A stretch of DNA of 64,000 bases from Bacillota bacterium. Its GTDB lineage: Bacteria; Bacillota; DTU025. The position numbers and the translations under genes are program-made. Of the stretch, positions 45,784 through 55,228 are shown one piece after another (the first letter of the stretch is position 1; each line of letters begins with the position of its first letter). The notes under the pieces are model-generated. The model worked only from the letters and a program-made list of their open reading frames with translations. It was not told where the DNA came from and made no database searches. The DNA lies in assembly GCA_050951805.1 (NCBI GenBank), contig JBMNJT010000002.1, positions 1,024,001 through 1,088,000 of the forward strand, given 5' to 3'.

Positions 45784-46863
45784 ATGGCGACTCGCGAAGA
45801 GACAAGACAGGTAATGGCAGGATCTGTTCCGATAGGGGGCGGCGCCCCTATTTCTGTCCAGTCAATGACTACAGCTGATACGCGTGATGCTGATGCTGCC
45901 ATCAAGCAGATCCGGCAGCTTGCCGCTGTGGGATGCGAGATTGTTAGGGTTGCTGTCCCAGATGAGGAAGCAGCCGACTCCTTGCGGAGCATACGCAAAG
46001 CATCTAGCGTCCCGTTGGTGGCCGACATACACTTCAACTACAAGTTGGCTTTGGCCAGCATAGAGGCGGGCGTCGATAAATTGCGCATCAACCCCGGCAA
46101 CATCGGGGGTGCAGACAGGGTTCGAGAGGTCGCTCATGCGGCCGCAGACAGGGGTATCCCCATTCGCATAGGAGTGAATGCAGGCTCGCTCCCAGCCGAC
46201 TTGGTGTCAAAGTATGGCCGTACTCCCGAGGCCATGGTGGAGGCCGCTCTCCGCCATGTCAGTCTCCTTGAAAGGGAAGGATTTGAATCGATTGTCCTTT
46301 CACTCAAGGCGTCGGACGTTAAGAGAACGACGGAAGCATACCGATTGATCGCGCGTAGGGCGCCGTATCCTCTTCATGTGGGAATCACTGAAGCAGGCCC
46401 GCCCCCCGGCGGTCTCATTAAGTCGGCTATCGGTATTGGGATGGTTCTTTCTGAAGGATTGGGGGATACGATCAGGGTGAGTCTCACTGGAGATCCCCGG
46501 GATGAAGTAATCGCGGGCCGTGAGATCCTTGCCAGCCTTGGCCTGAGGCGATTCGGACCAACGATAGTGTCGTGTCCGACATGTGGAAGGTGTAGAACTG
46601 ATCTTGCGGGCATTGTGAAGGAAGTCAAGGATGGCTTGTCGCACCTGGACGCACCACTCGTAGTTGCTATAATGGGATGCGAGGTGAACGGGCCCGGAGA
46701 GGCGAGCGAAGCAGATGTTGGGCTTGCATGTGGAAACGGGGTAGGCCTGATCTTCTCGGGCGGGAGGGTGGTTCGCAAAGTCCGGGAGGCAGAGATGGTA
46801 GGGGCGCTCGTGGAGGCCGCCGAATCGATGGCGGCGAACCGGCACGAGAAGTCACACGGTTAA
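45784..46863 (+). CDS. ispG: HMBPP synthase
   Basis: PISVQSMT, VADIHF, RINPGN, IRIGVN.GS, GDTIRVSLT, CPTCGR and MGC.VNGPGE. Confidence 0.97.
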   Translation: MATREETRQVMAGSVPIGGGAPISVQSMTTADTRDADAAIKQIRQLAAVGCEIVRVAVPDEEAADSLRSIRKASSVPLVADIHFNYKLALASIEAGVDKLRINPGNIGGADRVREVAHAAADRGIPIRIGVNAGSLPADLVSKYGRTPEAMVEAALRHVSLLEREGFESIVLSLKASDVKRTTEAYRLIARRAPYPLHVGITEAGPPPGGLIKSAIGIGMVLSEGLGDTIRVSLTGDPRDEVIAGREILASLGLRRFGPTIVSCPTCGRCRTDLAGIVKEVKDGLSHLDAPLVVAIMGCEVNGPGEASEADVGLACGNGVGLIFSGGRVVRKVREAEMVGALVEAAESMAANRHEKSHG

Positions 46864-46885
46864 CTGCTAGAGGAGTTGGTTTACG

Positions 46886-48625
46886 ATGAGGATGTCGCAG
46901 ATGTTTGCGCCTACGTTGCGGGAAGTGCCGTCCGAGGCGGATATTCCGAGCCATCAGCTGATGCTAAGGGCGGGTATGGTAAGAAAGACTGTCTCTGGGG
47001 TTTATTCTTACCTTCATCTCGGTTGTCGTGTGGTTCGCAAGGTAGAAAAGATAGTCCGTGAGGAGATGGATAGGCAGGGAGCGCAGGAGGTTCTCATGCC
47101 AGCCATTCAGTCCGCCGACATATGGCGCGAAACGGGCAGATGGGATGATTACGGCAGCGAGATGTTCCGTCTTAAGGATCGAAACGGAAGGGAAATGTGC
47201 CTTGGACCTACGCATGAAGAGATAATCACGGTAACGGTGAGGGATGAAATAAGGTCGTACCGACAGTTGCCGAAGATCCTCTATCAGATCCAGACGAAAT
47301 ATCGGGACGAGATCAGGCCGCGTTTTGGGGTAATGCGTTCGCGCGAGTTTATAATGAAGGACGCATACAGCTTTGACAGGGATAATGAGGGCCTTGACCG
47401 CAGTTACGAGAAGATGTATGAGGCCTATTGCAGGGTGTTTTCCAGATGCGGTGTGGACTATAGGGTGGTTGAAGCCGACGCCGGAGCAATTGGCGGAAGC
47501 CAGAACCATGAGTTTATGGTTGTGTCGGAGGTTGGCGAAGATGCCCTGGTTTTCTGCGACGCGTGTGGATATGCGGCTAACGTTGAGCGCGCTGAATCGG
47601 CTAAGCCGGCAGAGAGGGTTGCTGACACCGAGAAAGTTCGTACTGGAATAAGGAAGATATCGACACCGGGTATGCGGACTATCGAGGAGGTTACAGGCTA
47701 TCTCAAGGTGGAGCCTCGGGTGCTGCTGAAAACTCTTGTCTACGTGGCAGACGGTACACCCGTAGCTGCCATAGTGCGCGGGGACCGCGATCTTAACGAG
47801 GCCAAACTCAAAAGGGTTTTGGGCTGTCGTGAGCTGGAGCTTGCCACGCCTGAAGTGATTGAGCGCGTAAGCGGTGCGCCTGTTGGGTTCACAGGGCCGG
47901 TTGGGCTTAGGGAGCGAATCAAGATCGTTGCCGACTGGGAGGCAACTGTTGTTGAGGATGCCGTGGTTGGGGCCAATGCCGTCGATGCGCACCTGGTAGG
48001 TGCAGAGTATGGTGTAGACTATACAGCAGATATCGTTGCAGATATAAGAAATGTGGTCGCCGGCGATGCCTGTCCTAGATGTGGAGCGGAGCTCTGCGGG
48101 GCGCGTGGCGTAGAGGTTGGCCACCTGTTTAAGCTTGGGACGAAATATAGTTCTGCTTTAGGGGCAAAATACCTTGATGAGGGTGGAGTCGAGCATCCGA
48201 TAATAATGGGATGCTATGGAATAGGAATCACGCGCACGGTTGCCTCCGTCATTGAGGAGCATCATGATGACGATGGCATAATATGGCCGATGTCGGTGGC
48301 TCCATATCAGGCCGTGGTTATGCCGCTGAATACTTCGGAAAGCGCGCAAGTGGAAGCCGCAGAGCGGATATATTCCGAACTGTGCAAGCATGGAGTGGAA
48401 GCCGTTATGGACGATCGAGACGAACGCCCGGGGGTGAAGTTTAAGGACGCCGATTTGATCGGATTTCCTATTCGCGTGATAGTAGGGCCCAAACACCTCG
48501 GAGACGGCGAAGTTGAGGTGAGCATGAGGCGTGACGGCACCGTTGAGCTTGTAAAGATCGAGAATGTTGCAGTGCGTGTCAAAGAGATCGTGGATCGTGA
48601 ACTTGCAGCGCTCATGCCCGAGTAG
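46886..48625 (+). CDS. proS: Proline--tRNA ligase (bacterial type with editing insertion)
   Basis: PTLRE.P..A...SH.L..RAG, LGPTHEE, RDE.RPRFG..R.REF.MKD.YSF and MGCYGIG..R. Confidence 0.97.
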   Translation: MRMSQMFAPTLREVPSEADIPSHQLMLRAGMVRKTVSGVYSYLHLGCRVVRKVEKIVREEMDRQGAQEVLMPAIQSADIWRETGRWDDYGSEMFRLKDRNGREMCLGPTHEEIITVTVRDEIRSYRQLPKILYQIQTKYRDEIRPRFGVMRSREFIMKDAYSFDRDNEGLDRSYEKMYEAYCRVFSRCGVDYRVVEADAGAIGGSQNHEFMVVSEVGEDALVFCDACGYAANVERAESAKPAERVADTEKVRTGIRKISTPGMRTIEEVTGYLKVEPRVLLKTLVYVADGTPVAAIVRGDRDLNEAKLKRVLGCRELELATPEVIERVSGAPVGFTGPVGLRERIKIVADWEATVVEDAVVGANAVDAHLVGAEYGVDYTADIVADIRNVVAGDACPRCGAELCGARGVEVGHLFKLGTKYSSALGAKYLDEGGVEHPIIMGCYGIGITRTVASVIEEHHDDDGIIWPMSVAPYQAVVMPLNTSESAQVEAAERIYSELCKHGVEAVMDDRDERPGVKFKDADLIGFPIRVIVGPKHLGDGEVEVSMRRDGTVELVKIENVAVRVKEIVDRELAALMPE

Positions 48626-48628
48626 GAG

Positions 48629-49267
48629 GTGACAAGCATGCGTGTAGCCGCAATCATTCCCGCGTACAACGAGGGACCTAGAATTGCGTCAGTGCTTGAT
48701 GTCGTGCGTGCGAGCCCTCTGGTGGACGAGATCATAGTTGTAGATGATGGCTCTGATGATGATACTGCTGAAGTAGCCAGAGCCCATGGAGCGAATGTCA
48801 TAAGGCTTGGGGAGAATACGGGCAAAGGTGGGGCTGTAGCGCGGGGACTCGAGGCTACACTGGGAGATGTGATTCTCTTTCTAGATGCTGACCTCATTGG
48901 GTTGACCGTTGATCATGTGAACGCCCTGATCGAACCGGTTTGCAGTGGGGAAGCGGATATGACGATCGGGATTTTTGGCAATGGACGCACAGCCACCGAC
49001 CTTGCGCAGGCCTTGACGCCTTGGCTGTCGGGGCAGAGGGCTATCAAGCGCAGCGTGTTGGAAGGTTTGGAGCTCGACATTTCCAGATTCGGAGTTGAGG
49101 CCGTGCTGACGCGACATGCCAAGGAATCCGGGCTCAAGGTGGTTGACGTGAAGCTTCCGAGACTGACTCATGTGATGAAAGAAGAGAAGATGGGCACTGT
49201 AAAGGGTATGGCCTCACGTGCCCGAATGTACTGGGAGGTCCTCAAATCAATCGTTGATTGGGATTAG
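48629..49267 (+). CDS. Glycosyltransferase family 2 (DPM1-like)
   Basis: IIPAYNE, VVDDGSDD.T, GKGGA, FLDADL and SGQRA; start may be ATG 48638. Confidence 0.9.
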   Translation: MTSMRVAAIIPAYNEGPRIASVLDVVRASPLVDEIIVVDDGSDDDTAEVARAHGANVIRLGENTGKGGAVARGLEATLGDVILFLDADLIGLTVDHVNALIEPVCSGEADMTIGIFGNGRTATDLAQALTPWLSGQRAIKRSVLEGLELDISRFGVEAVLTRHAKESGLKVVDVKLPRLTHVMKEEKMGTVKGMASRARMYWEVLKSIVDWD

Positions 49268-49292
49268 GGCCCGCCGGATTGCTGGAGGGTAG

Positions 49293-52200
49293 TTGTTGTC
49301 TACGGTATTTGTCCTTCGTCCATCTAGTGAAAAGGCTCAACTCAAACATATATTCAAATCTGCCGGCATGAGTGTTCCGCTGGCCTTGTATGACTCCTGC
49401 TCAATAGATACTATCTGTATAGATTCGGAGTCAAAGCATTGGACAGTGCGCCTGGCCGGCGCTGTTTTTCCTGGAGCTGAGTGCATCGATCAGATATGTG
49501 CCGCTTTTCGAAAAATTCTAGGAAATGCAATCACTGTCTCTGTTGAACCCGCGTCAGGTGGCCCTGACGATTGGACTCCAAGTGACGAGATAATAGAGAA
49601 ATACTGGCCTGATGTGGTCGAACGGGTGTGCAAGAACTCTCCGAGCGTCGGCGTTTGGCTGGCTCAGGCTCGATGCCGGGCCGATTCGGTAGGTGTCATT
49701 GTCGAAGTTCCAGGGGTTGTACAAGTTGCCAAGCTGAAGGAGAAAGCTGGCGACCGCGATATTGCTCAAGCGTTTTCGGAACTATGTGACCATTGCCCAA
49801 AGGTCAGAATCGAAGTCGGCGAGTTTGAAGAGCCCGCCGTTCCTGTCGAGCTCGATGAGCCGATGGCCCCGCTGGAAAGCGTTGTCTCTGCTAAGGCGGA
49901 ACGGCAAGGGAGTAGTTCGAGGTCGCCTGGTCGGCGACGCTCGAGGGGGAAGCCCGCAGAAGGCGCCATACTGGGGAGAATGATCTCAGATTCTCCGCAG
50001 TCCATTTCCGAGCTGCATGAAGGGCAGAAGAAGGTTGTCGTTGCGGGACAAGTCTTCAAATTCGAGGAGAGGCATACGCGAAACGGCTTCATCATTACGG
50101 AATTTGCCATTACCGACAAATCCGACTCTATAATGTGTAAATGTTTCTTCCGCGGGGATGAGTCCAGGTTTCATCTGGAGAGCGGCCAATGGGTTCGTGT
50201 CAGAGGAGAGGTTCAATACGACCACTATGCTCGTGAGATAGTTCTAATGGCGTCTGACATTGTTCCCCATCAGATAGAGGAAAAGATCGACCTGGCCTCT
50301 GAAAAGCGTGTGGAGTTGCATTTGCATACGAAGATGAGTTCGATGGATTCGGTGTGCAATGTTGAAGATGCCGTGGTGCGCGCGGCGTCGTGGGGCCATC
50401 CTGCTATCGCCATAACAGACCACGGTGTAGCACAAGCTTTTCCCGATGCCTGCAATGTGGCGCGAAAGCATGGCATAAAGGTGATATACGGGATAGAGGG
50501 CTATCTTGTCGATGACCCCTCTGATGAAAACGGACATACGTACCATGTCACGTTGCTTGCTAAGAACCTCGAAGGTCTCCGTGATCTTTACCGGTTGATA
50601 TCCCTCTCCCACCTGGAACATTTTTATCGCCATCCCAGGATTCCCAGGAGCGAACTCGAGCAGGCAAGGTCGAACATGCTAATAGGGTCGGCGTGCGGAG
50701 CGGGAGAGCTCTGTAGGACCATTCTCTCGGGCGCGGATGATGATGAAGTGGCCAAGGTCGCGTCCTTCTATGACTACCTTGAGATCATGCCTTCGGGAAA
50801 CAACGCTTGGCTGGTCAGATCCGGGCGGCTCGCAAGCATCGAAGAGGTGGAGGAGATATCGGTTCGCATATACAGGCTCGGCAAGGAGCTTGGAATCCCT
50901 GTTGTGGCCACCGGCGACGTTCACTTCCTCGATCCACAAGACGAGGTCTATCGCAGGATTCTCATGGCGGGCCAGGGCTACGAGGATGCGGACCATCAGG
51001 CGCCCTTGTATTTCCGCACAACCGAGGAAATGCTTCGAGAATTCTCATTTCTGGGGCCCGATGCCAGTTATGAGGTGGTTGTAGCTAACACGCGCCAGAT
51101 TGCTGACGAGGTGGAGGCAGTTCGCCCTGTTCCCGACGAACTTGCTACCCCCGAGATAGAGGGGGCAGATGAAGAGGTAAGGACGCGTGCCCGCGCAAGG
51201 GCTCGCGAGCTTTACGGCGAGCCGCTCCCGGAAATCGTCAATGTGCGCCTTGAAAGGGAACTGGACGCGATCTGCGGAAATGGATACGCCGTAAACTACG
51301 ATATCGCGGCCAAGCTAGTGCACAAGTCGGTGTCAGACGGGTATCCAGTCGGGTCTAGGGGATCGGTGGGATCTTCTTTCGTGGCATCCATGTGCGGGAT
51401 AACCGAGGTTAATCCGTTGCCACCGCATTATCTGTGTTCCGAATGCAAGCTGAGCGTCTTCGATCACGGGCATGATGTGGAGTCGGGGTATGATCTGCCG
51501 TCTGCCAACTGTCCGCGCTGTGGCGCATCGATGCGGAAGGAAGGACAGAATATTCCCTTCGAAACGTTCCTCGGGTTCGAAGGCGACAAGGTGCCCGATA
51601 TCGACCTCAACTTCTCAAGCGAGTATCAGTCTACGGTTCACAAGTACGCCGAGGAGATATTCGGAGCTGATCATGTGTTTCGGGCCGGCACGATCGCAAC
51701 CGTGGCTGAAAAAACGGCATACGGATTTGTGAAGGCGTACTGCGAGTCTAGGGGAATAGTCAAACGCAGTGTGGAAATGGATCGGCTCGCCCTGGGCTGC
51801 ACAGGCGTGAAACGCACCACTGGGCAGCATCCGGGCGGAATCATGATAGTCCCCGGCAGCCGGGATGTGCACGAGTTTACGCCTGTGCAACGTCCTGCTA
51901 ACGATAGAGACTCCGACACTATCACTACGCATTTTGATTACAAGAACATACACGAGTGCCTTCTAAAGCTCGATTTGCTGGGCCATGATGACCCGACCAT
52001 GATTAAGATGCTGGAGGACATGACCGGGGTTGATGCTTCGACAATTCCCATGGACGATCCTGACACTATGAAGATTTTTTCCGGTGTCGAGTCTTTGGGG
52101 CTTGATCCCGAGACAAGCGGGTTCGTAATTGGAACCGTTGGCATTCCGGAATTCGGAACGAAATTTGTCAGAGGGATGCTGGAGCAGACGAGGCCTACGA

Positions 52201-53012
52201 CCTTCGGAGAGCTCGTGAGGATAAGTGGACTTTCACATGGGACAGATGTGTGGCTCAACAACGCGCAGGAGTTGATCGAGTCTGGCCAGGCCCGGCTTTC
52301 AGAAGTTATCGCGTGCCGCGACGACATAATGAACAGACTCATAAGTGATGGGATTGCGCCTCGAGACGCCTTTAGGATCATGGAGCGGGTAAGAAAGGGC
52401 AAGATGCTAGCCGATGGTGACCCGGAGCTCATGCGTGAACACGGGGTGCCGGAATGGTATATCGATTCCTGCAATAAAATAAAGTACATGTTTCCCAAAG
52501 CCCATGCAGTGGCGTATGTGATGATGGCGTTCAGGATAGCATGGTTTAAAGTGCACTGGCCCAGGGAATTCTACGCAGCGTATTTCAGCATAAGGGCTTC
52601 CGATTTCGACGCGTCCATTGTGGGCATGAGCATGGAAGATATTATCGCCACAAGAAACGCAATAGAGGAGAAGAACGATGCTACATCGAGGGAGAGGAAT
52701 CTGGCTACCGTACTCGAGGCGGCGCAGGAAGGAATGATGCGAGGTATCCGCTTTTTGCCGGTGCACGTATGTCATTCCGATGCTGCTCGATTCGTCATAG
52801 AAGAGGAAGGGCTTCGTCCTCCCCTCATTACCGTGCCTACGCTTGGCGATACTGCGGCTTCCAGCGTTATTGAGGCGAGGAGGGAACGCGTGTTCACCTC
52901 GGTTCACGACCTTTGGTCGCGGACGAAGTTGACCAGGACGCACATAGATACGCTGGCAGAAATAGGGGCTACTGCTGGCCTTCCCGAGTCGGATCAGTTG
53001 TCCCTTTTCTGA
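49293..53012 (+). CDS. polC: DNA polymerase III PolC-type lacking the 3'-5' exonuclease insertion
   Basis: N-terminal domain, OB fold, PHP (ELHLHT..S..D, TDHG, YGIE, H, SAC..GE, GDVH), GSRGSVGSS, KVPDIDLNFS, GQHPGG, KLD.LGHDDPT, YMFPKAHA.AY and C-terminal QLSLF clamp motif; 1239 aa. Confidence 0.97.
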   Translation: MLSTVFVLRPSSEKAQLKHIFKSAGMSVPLALYDSCSIDTICIDSESKHWTVRLAGAVFPGAECIDQICAAFRKILGNAITVSVEPASGGPDDWTPSDEIIEKYWPDVVERVCKNSPSVGVWLAQARCRADSVGVIVEVPGVVQVAKLKEKAGDRDIAQAFSELCDHCPKVRIEVGEFEEPAVPVELDEPMAPLESVVSAKAERQGSSSRSPGRRRSRGKPAEGAILGRMISDSPQSISELHEGQKKVVVAGQVFKFEERHTRNGFIITEFAITDKSDSIMCKCFFRGDESRFHLESGQWVRVRGEVQYDHYAREIVLMASDIVPHQIEEKIDLASEKRVELHLHTKMSSMDSVCNVEDAVVRAASWGHPAIAITDHGVAQAFPDACNVARKHGIKVIYGIEGYLVDDPSDENGHTYHVTLLAKNLEGLRDLYRLISLSHLEHFYRHPRIPRSELEQARSNMLIGSACGAGELCRTILSGADDDEVAKVASFYDYLEIMPSGNNAWLVRSGRLASIEEVEEISVRIYRLGKELGIPVVATGDVHFLDPQDEVYRRILMAGQGYEDADHQAPLYFRTTEEMLREFSFLGPDASYEVVVANTRQIADEVEAVRPVPDELATPEIEGADEEVRTRARARARELYGEPLPEIVNVRLERELDAICGNGYAVNYDIAAKLVHKSVSDGYPVGSRGSVGSSFVASMCGITEVNPLPPHYLCSECKLSVFDHGHDVESGYDLPSANCPRCGASMRKEGQNIPFETFLGFEGDKVPDIDLNFSSEYQSTVHKYAEEIFGADHVFRAGTIATVAEKTAYGFVKAYCESRGIVKRSVEMDRLALGCTGVKRTTGQHPGGIMIVPGSRDVHEFTPVQRPANDRDSDTITTHFDYKNIHECLLKLDLLGHDDPTMIKMLEDMTGVDASTIPMDDPDTMKIFSGVESLGLDPETSGFVIGTVGIPEFGTKFVRGMLEQTRPTTFGELVRISGLSHGTDVWLNNAQELIESGQARLSEVIACRDDIMNRLISDGIAPRDAFRIMERVRKGKMLADGDPELMREHGVPEWYIDSCNKIKYMFPKAHAVAYVMMAFRIAWFKVHWPREFYAAYFSIRASDFDASIVGMSMEDIIATRNAIEEKNDATSRERNLATVLEAAQEGMMRGIRFLPVHVCHSDAARFVIEEEGLRPPLITVPTLGDTAASSVIEARRERVFTSVHDLWSRTKLTRTHIDTLAEIGATAGLPESDQLSLF

Positions 53013-53048
53013 GCGGGGCTAGCCGCGCGGTTGGCGGGTTGGGCGATC

Positions 53049-53077
53049 TTGCATGGATCTTTGGCGTGTGATATATT
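53049..53077 (+). promoter_or_regulatory. SigA promoter of the rimP-nusA-infB operon
   Basis: TTGCAT-17 nt-TATATT with extended -10 TG. Confidence 0.6.
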
Positions 53078-53126
53078 GGTATGTGTGAGGATTGTCCTCA
53101 GCAGGCATGTGTGATGTGTGGTCAGG

Positions 53127-53191
53127 GAGAGTGGGTCCGTCCCACTCTTTCATCATGTCTGTCCCCTTGCAGGGCAAAAGCCCTGCGCTTT
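53127..53191 (+). promoter_or_regulatory. rimP/nusA leader attenuator hairpin(s)
   Basis: AGAGTGGG-tccgt-CCCACTCT-TT, the typical Firmicutes rimP leader terminator; second hairpin GCAGGGC-aaaa-GCCCTGC followed by GCTTTT. Confidence 0.65.
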
Positions 53192-53216
53192 TACTCATTA
53201 GGAGGGAAGGCCAACT

Positions 53217-53696
53217 ATGGATCGTCGGCAAATCGAATCCCGTGCGAACGCTATATCTCAGTCAGCTGCTAACTCCTTAGGGCTCGAGGTAGTCGACACC
53301 GAATTTGTGAAGGATTCCGGTACTTGGTATTTGCGTGTTTATATAGAAAAGCCAGGGGGAGTTGGGATAGACGATTGCGCCGATCTGTCTCGACTGGTCG
53401 GATCGGAGTTGGACCGTGAGGATTTCATCCCGCAAAGCTACATATTGGAGGTATCGTCCTCAGGCGAGAAGCCGATACGGAGAGATGAGGAATACGACAG
53501 GTTTGAGGGAAGATGGGCGCTTATAACGACGTATAAGGAAATAGACGGGCGTAAGCGCTTTGAAGGTGTGCTGCGGGGCAACCGTGGCGATTCTGTCTTG
53601 ATTGAGGTGGACGGCGTTGTTGTACAAGTGCCGCGTTCCAGCATCAACACAGCAAGGCTGGCTGTCCGCCTCGAGGAGGTTTTCGGTGATGACTGA
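53217..53696 (+). CDS. rimP: Ribosome maturation factor RimP
   Basis: E.VD.EFVK....WYLRVYI.K.GG..IDDC..S..LD..D.I...Y.LEVSS. Confidence 0.95.
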   Translation: MDRRQIESRANAISQSAANSLGLEVVDTEFVKDSGTWYLRVYIEKPGGVGIDDCADLSRLVGSELDREDFIPQSYILEVSSSGEKPIRRDEEYDRFEGRWALITTYKEIDGRKRFEGVLRGNRGDSVLIEVDGVVVQVPRSSINTARLAVRLEEVFGDD

Positions 53697-54768
53697 GCGT
53701 GAAGGCTTGGAGATAGTCCAGGCTCTCGATGAACTTGAGCGGGAGCGGGGAGTTCCCAAAGCAGTCCTTCTGGAGGCTTTGGAAGCTGCTCTGGTGTCCG
53801 CGTTTAAGAGGCATTATGGCTCGTCTCAAAATGTGAGGGTGAATATAGACCCGGAAACAGGACACATTCTCGTGCTTGCGCGGAAAAACGTGGTCGAAGA
53901 GGCGGATGATCCAAAGACAGAAATCTCGCTGGAAGAAGCGAGGCAGTTGGATCCAAACTACCAGGTGGGCGACGTAGTGGAGGACGAAGTTACCCCGAAG
54001 GAGTTTGGGAGAATCGCTGCTCAGACCGCGAAGCAAGTGGTGGTTCAGCGCATACGCGAGGCGGAACGCGGCGTCATCTATGATGAGTATTCTGAACGCG
54101 AGGGGGATGTGGTCACCGGAACAGTGGGCCGTGTGGACGCGCGTAATGTCATAGTGGACCTTGGGAAGACGGAGGCTAGCTTGCCGCCACACGAGCAGAT
54201 TCCGGGTGAAACTTACGAGCCAGGCATGAGGCTCAAGTGTTACGTAGTTGAGGTGCGGAAGACAGGTCGAGGTCCGCTTGTGATGCTGTCGAGAACTCAT
54301 CCAGGTCTTCTCAGGCGACTTCTTGAGCTGGAAGTGCCGGAGATTGCCGAGGGAGTTGTGGAGATAAAGGGGATAGCACGCGAGGCAGGGGCACGATCGA
54401 AGGTGGCAGTTGCTGCCCAAGACCCGAACGTGGACCCTGTAGGCGCCTGTGTGGGCCCTAGGGGGGCAAGGATACAAGCCATAGTTTCGGAGCTCGCCGG
54501 GGAGAAGATAGATGTGATACCATGGAATGAGGATTATTCGGTATTCATTGCTAACGCTCTCAGCCCGGCGAAGGTTCTAGAGGTTAGGCCCGACTTCATA
54601 TCGAAGGTTGCGACTGTAGTTGTCCCCGATTACCAGCTATCTTTGGCTATCGGTAGGGAAGGGCAGAACGCGCGCCTCGCTGCCAAGATTACGGGCTGGA
54701 AGATAGATATTAAGAGCGAGTCTCAGGTCGGTTTGGTCAGCATGCCAAAATTCGAGATAGATTTTTAG
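53689..54768 (+). CDS. nusA: Transcription termination/antitermination factor NusA
   Basis: [39 protein letters not shown] and [20 protein letters not shown]. Confidence 0.98.
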   Translation: MTEREGLEIVQALDELERERGVPKAVLLEALEAALVSAFKRHYGSSQNVRVNIDPETGHILVLARKNVVEEADDPKTEISLEEARQLDPNYQVGDVVEDEVTPKEFGRIAAQTAKQVVVQRIREAERGVIYDEYSEREGDVVTGTVGRVDARNVIVDLGKTEASLPPHEQIPGETYEPGMRLKCYVVEVRKTGRGPLVMLSRTHPGLLRRLLELEVPEIAEGVVEIKGIAREAGARSKVAVAAQDPNVDPVGACVGPRGARIQAIVSELAGEKIDVIPWNEDYSVFIANALSPAKVLEVRPDFISKVATVVVPDYQLSLAIGREGQNARLAAKITGWKIDIKSESQVGLVSMPKFEIDF

Positions 54769-54780
54769 GGGTGCGGTTGT

Positions 54781-55047
54781 ATGGCCAAGGCGAGAAAGGT
54801 TCCTCAGAGGACGTGCGTTGGTTGCGGCGCTGTTCGGGATAAGCGCGATCTTGTTAGGGTGGTGCGTACGCCCGAAGGTCAAGTGCTTTTGGACCCGAGC
54901 GGGAAACGCGCGGGACGTGGCGCATATTTGTGCCCGAACCGCGATTGTCTGGCCAAAGCCGCTCGAGGCGGCAAGCTTTCGAGGGCGCTTGAAACAGATA
55001 TGCCGGATGAAATCATCGCGCGTCTCCAGGAGGAACTGTCTGACTGA
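54781..55047 (+). CDS. ylxR: YlxR/RnpM RNA-binding protein
   Basis: P.RTCVGC...K.DLVRVVR.P.G....D.SGK..GRGAY.C. Confidence 0.94.
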   Translation: MAKARKVPQRTCVGCGAVRDKRDLVRVVRTPEGQVLLDPSGKRAGRGAYLCPNRDCLAKAARGGKLSRALETDMPDEIIARLQEELSD

Positions 55048-55060
55048 ATTGCTTGTGGGG

Positions 55061-55215
55061 TTGATCAATGATAAGCGGCATGAATTGTAAAATGTTGTTG
55101 AGTTCTGCGGTCTCGCGCAAGCGGCCGGAATTTCATGATAGGAGCCGATACGGACCTTGCGTGCGCCTCGGGGTTATCGTATGCTCGGCGAGAATCTGGC
55201 CCGATGCGAGTGATG
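55061..55215 (+). pseudogene. Probable remnant of ylxQ (L7Ae family)
   Basis: At the ylxQ position between ylxR and infB. The frame reads LINDKRHEL*NVVEFCGLAQAAGIS*, matching YlxQ N-terminal LGLAxxAG but with stops, in only about 180 nt. Confidence 0.5.
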
Positions 55216-55228
55216 GGGGTGAGTGCCA

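Noticed and set aside
46964-48124. 386-aa antisense ORF within proS
   Set aside because: Lies entirely opposite a conserved gene and has no recognisable motifs; typical antisense shadow in GC-rich coding DNA
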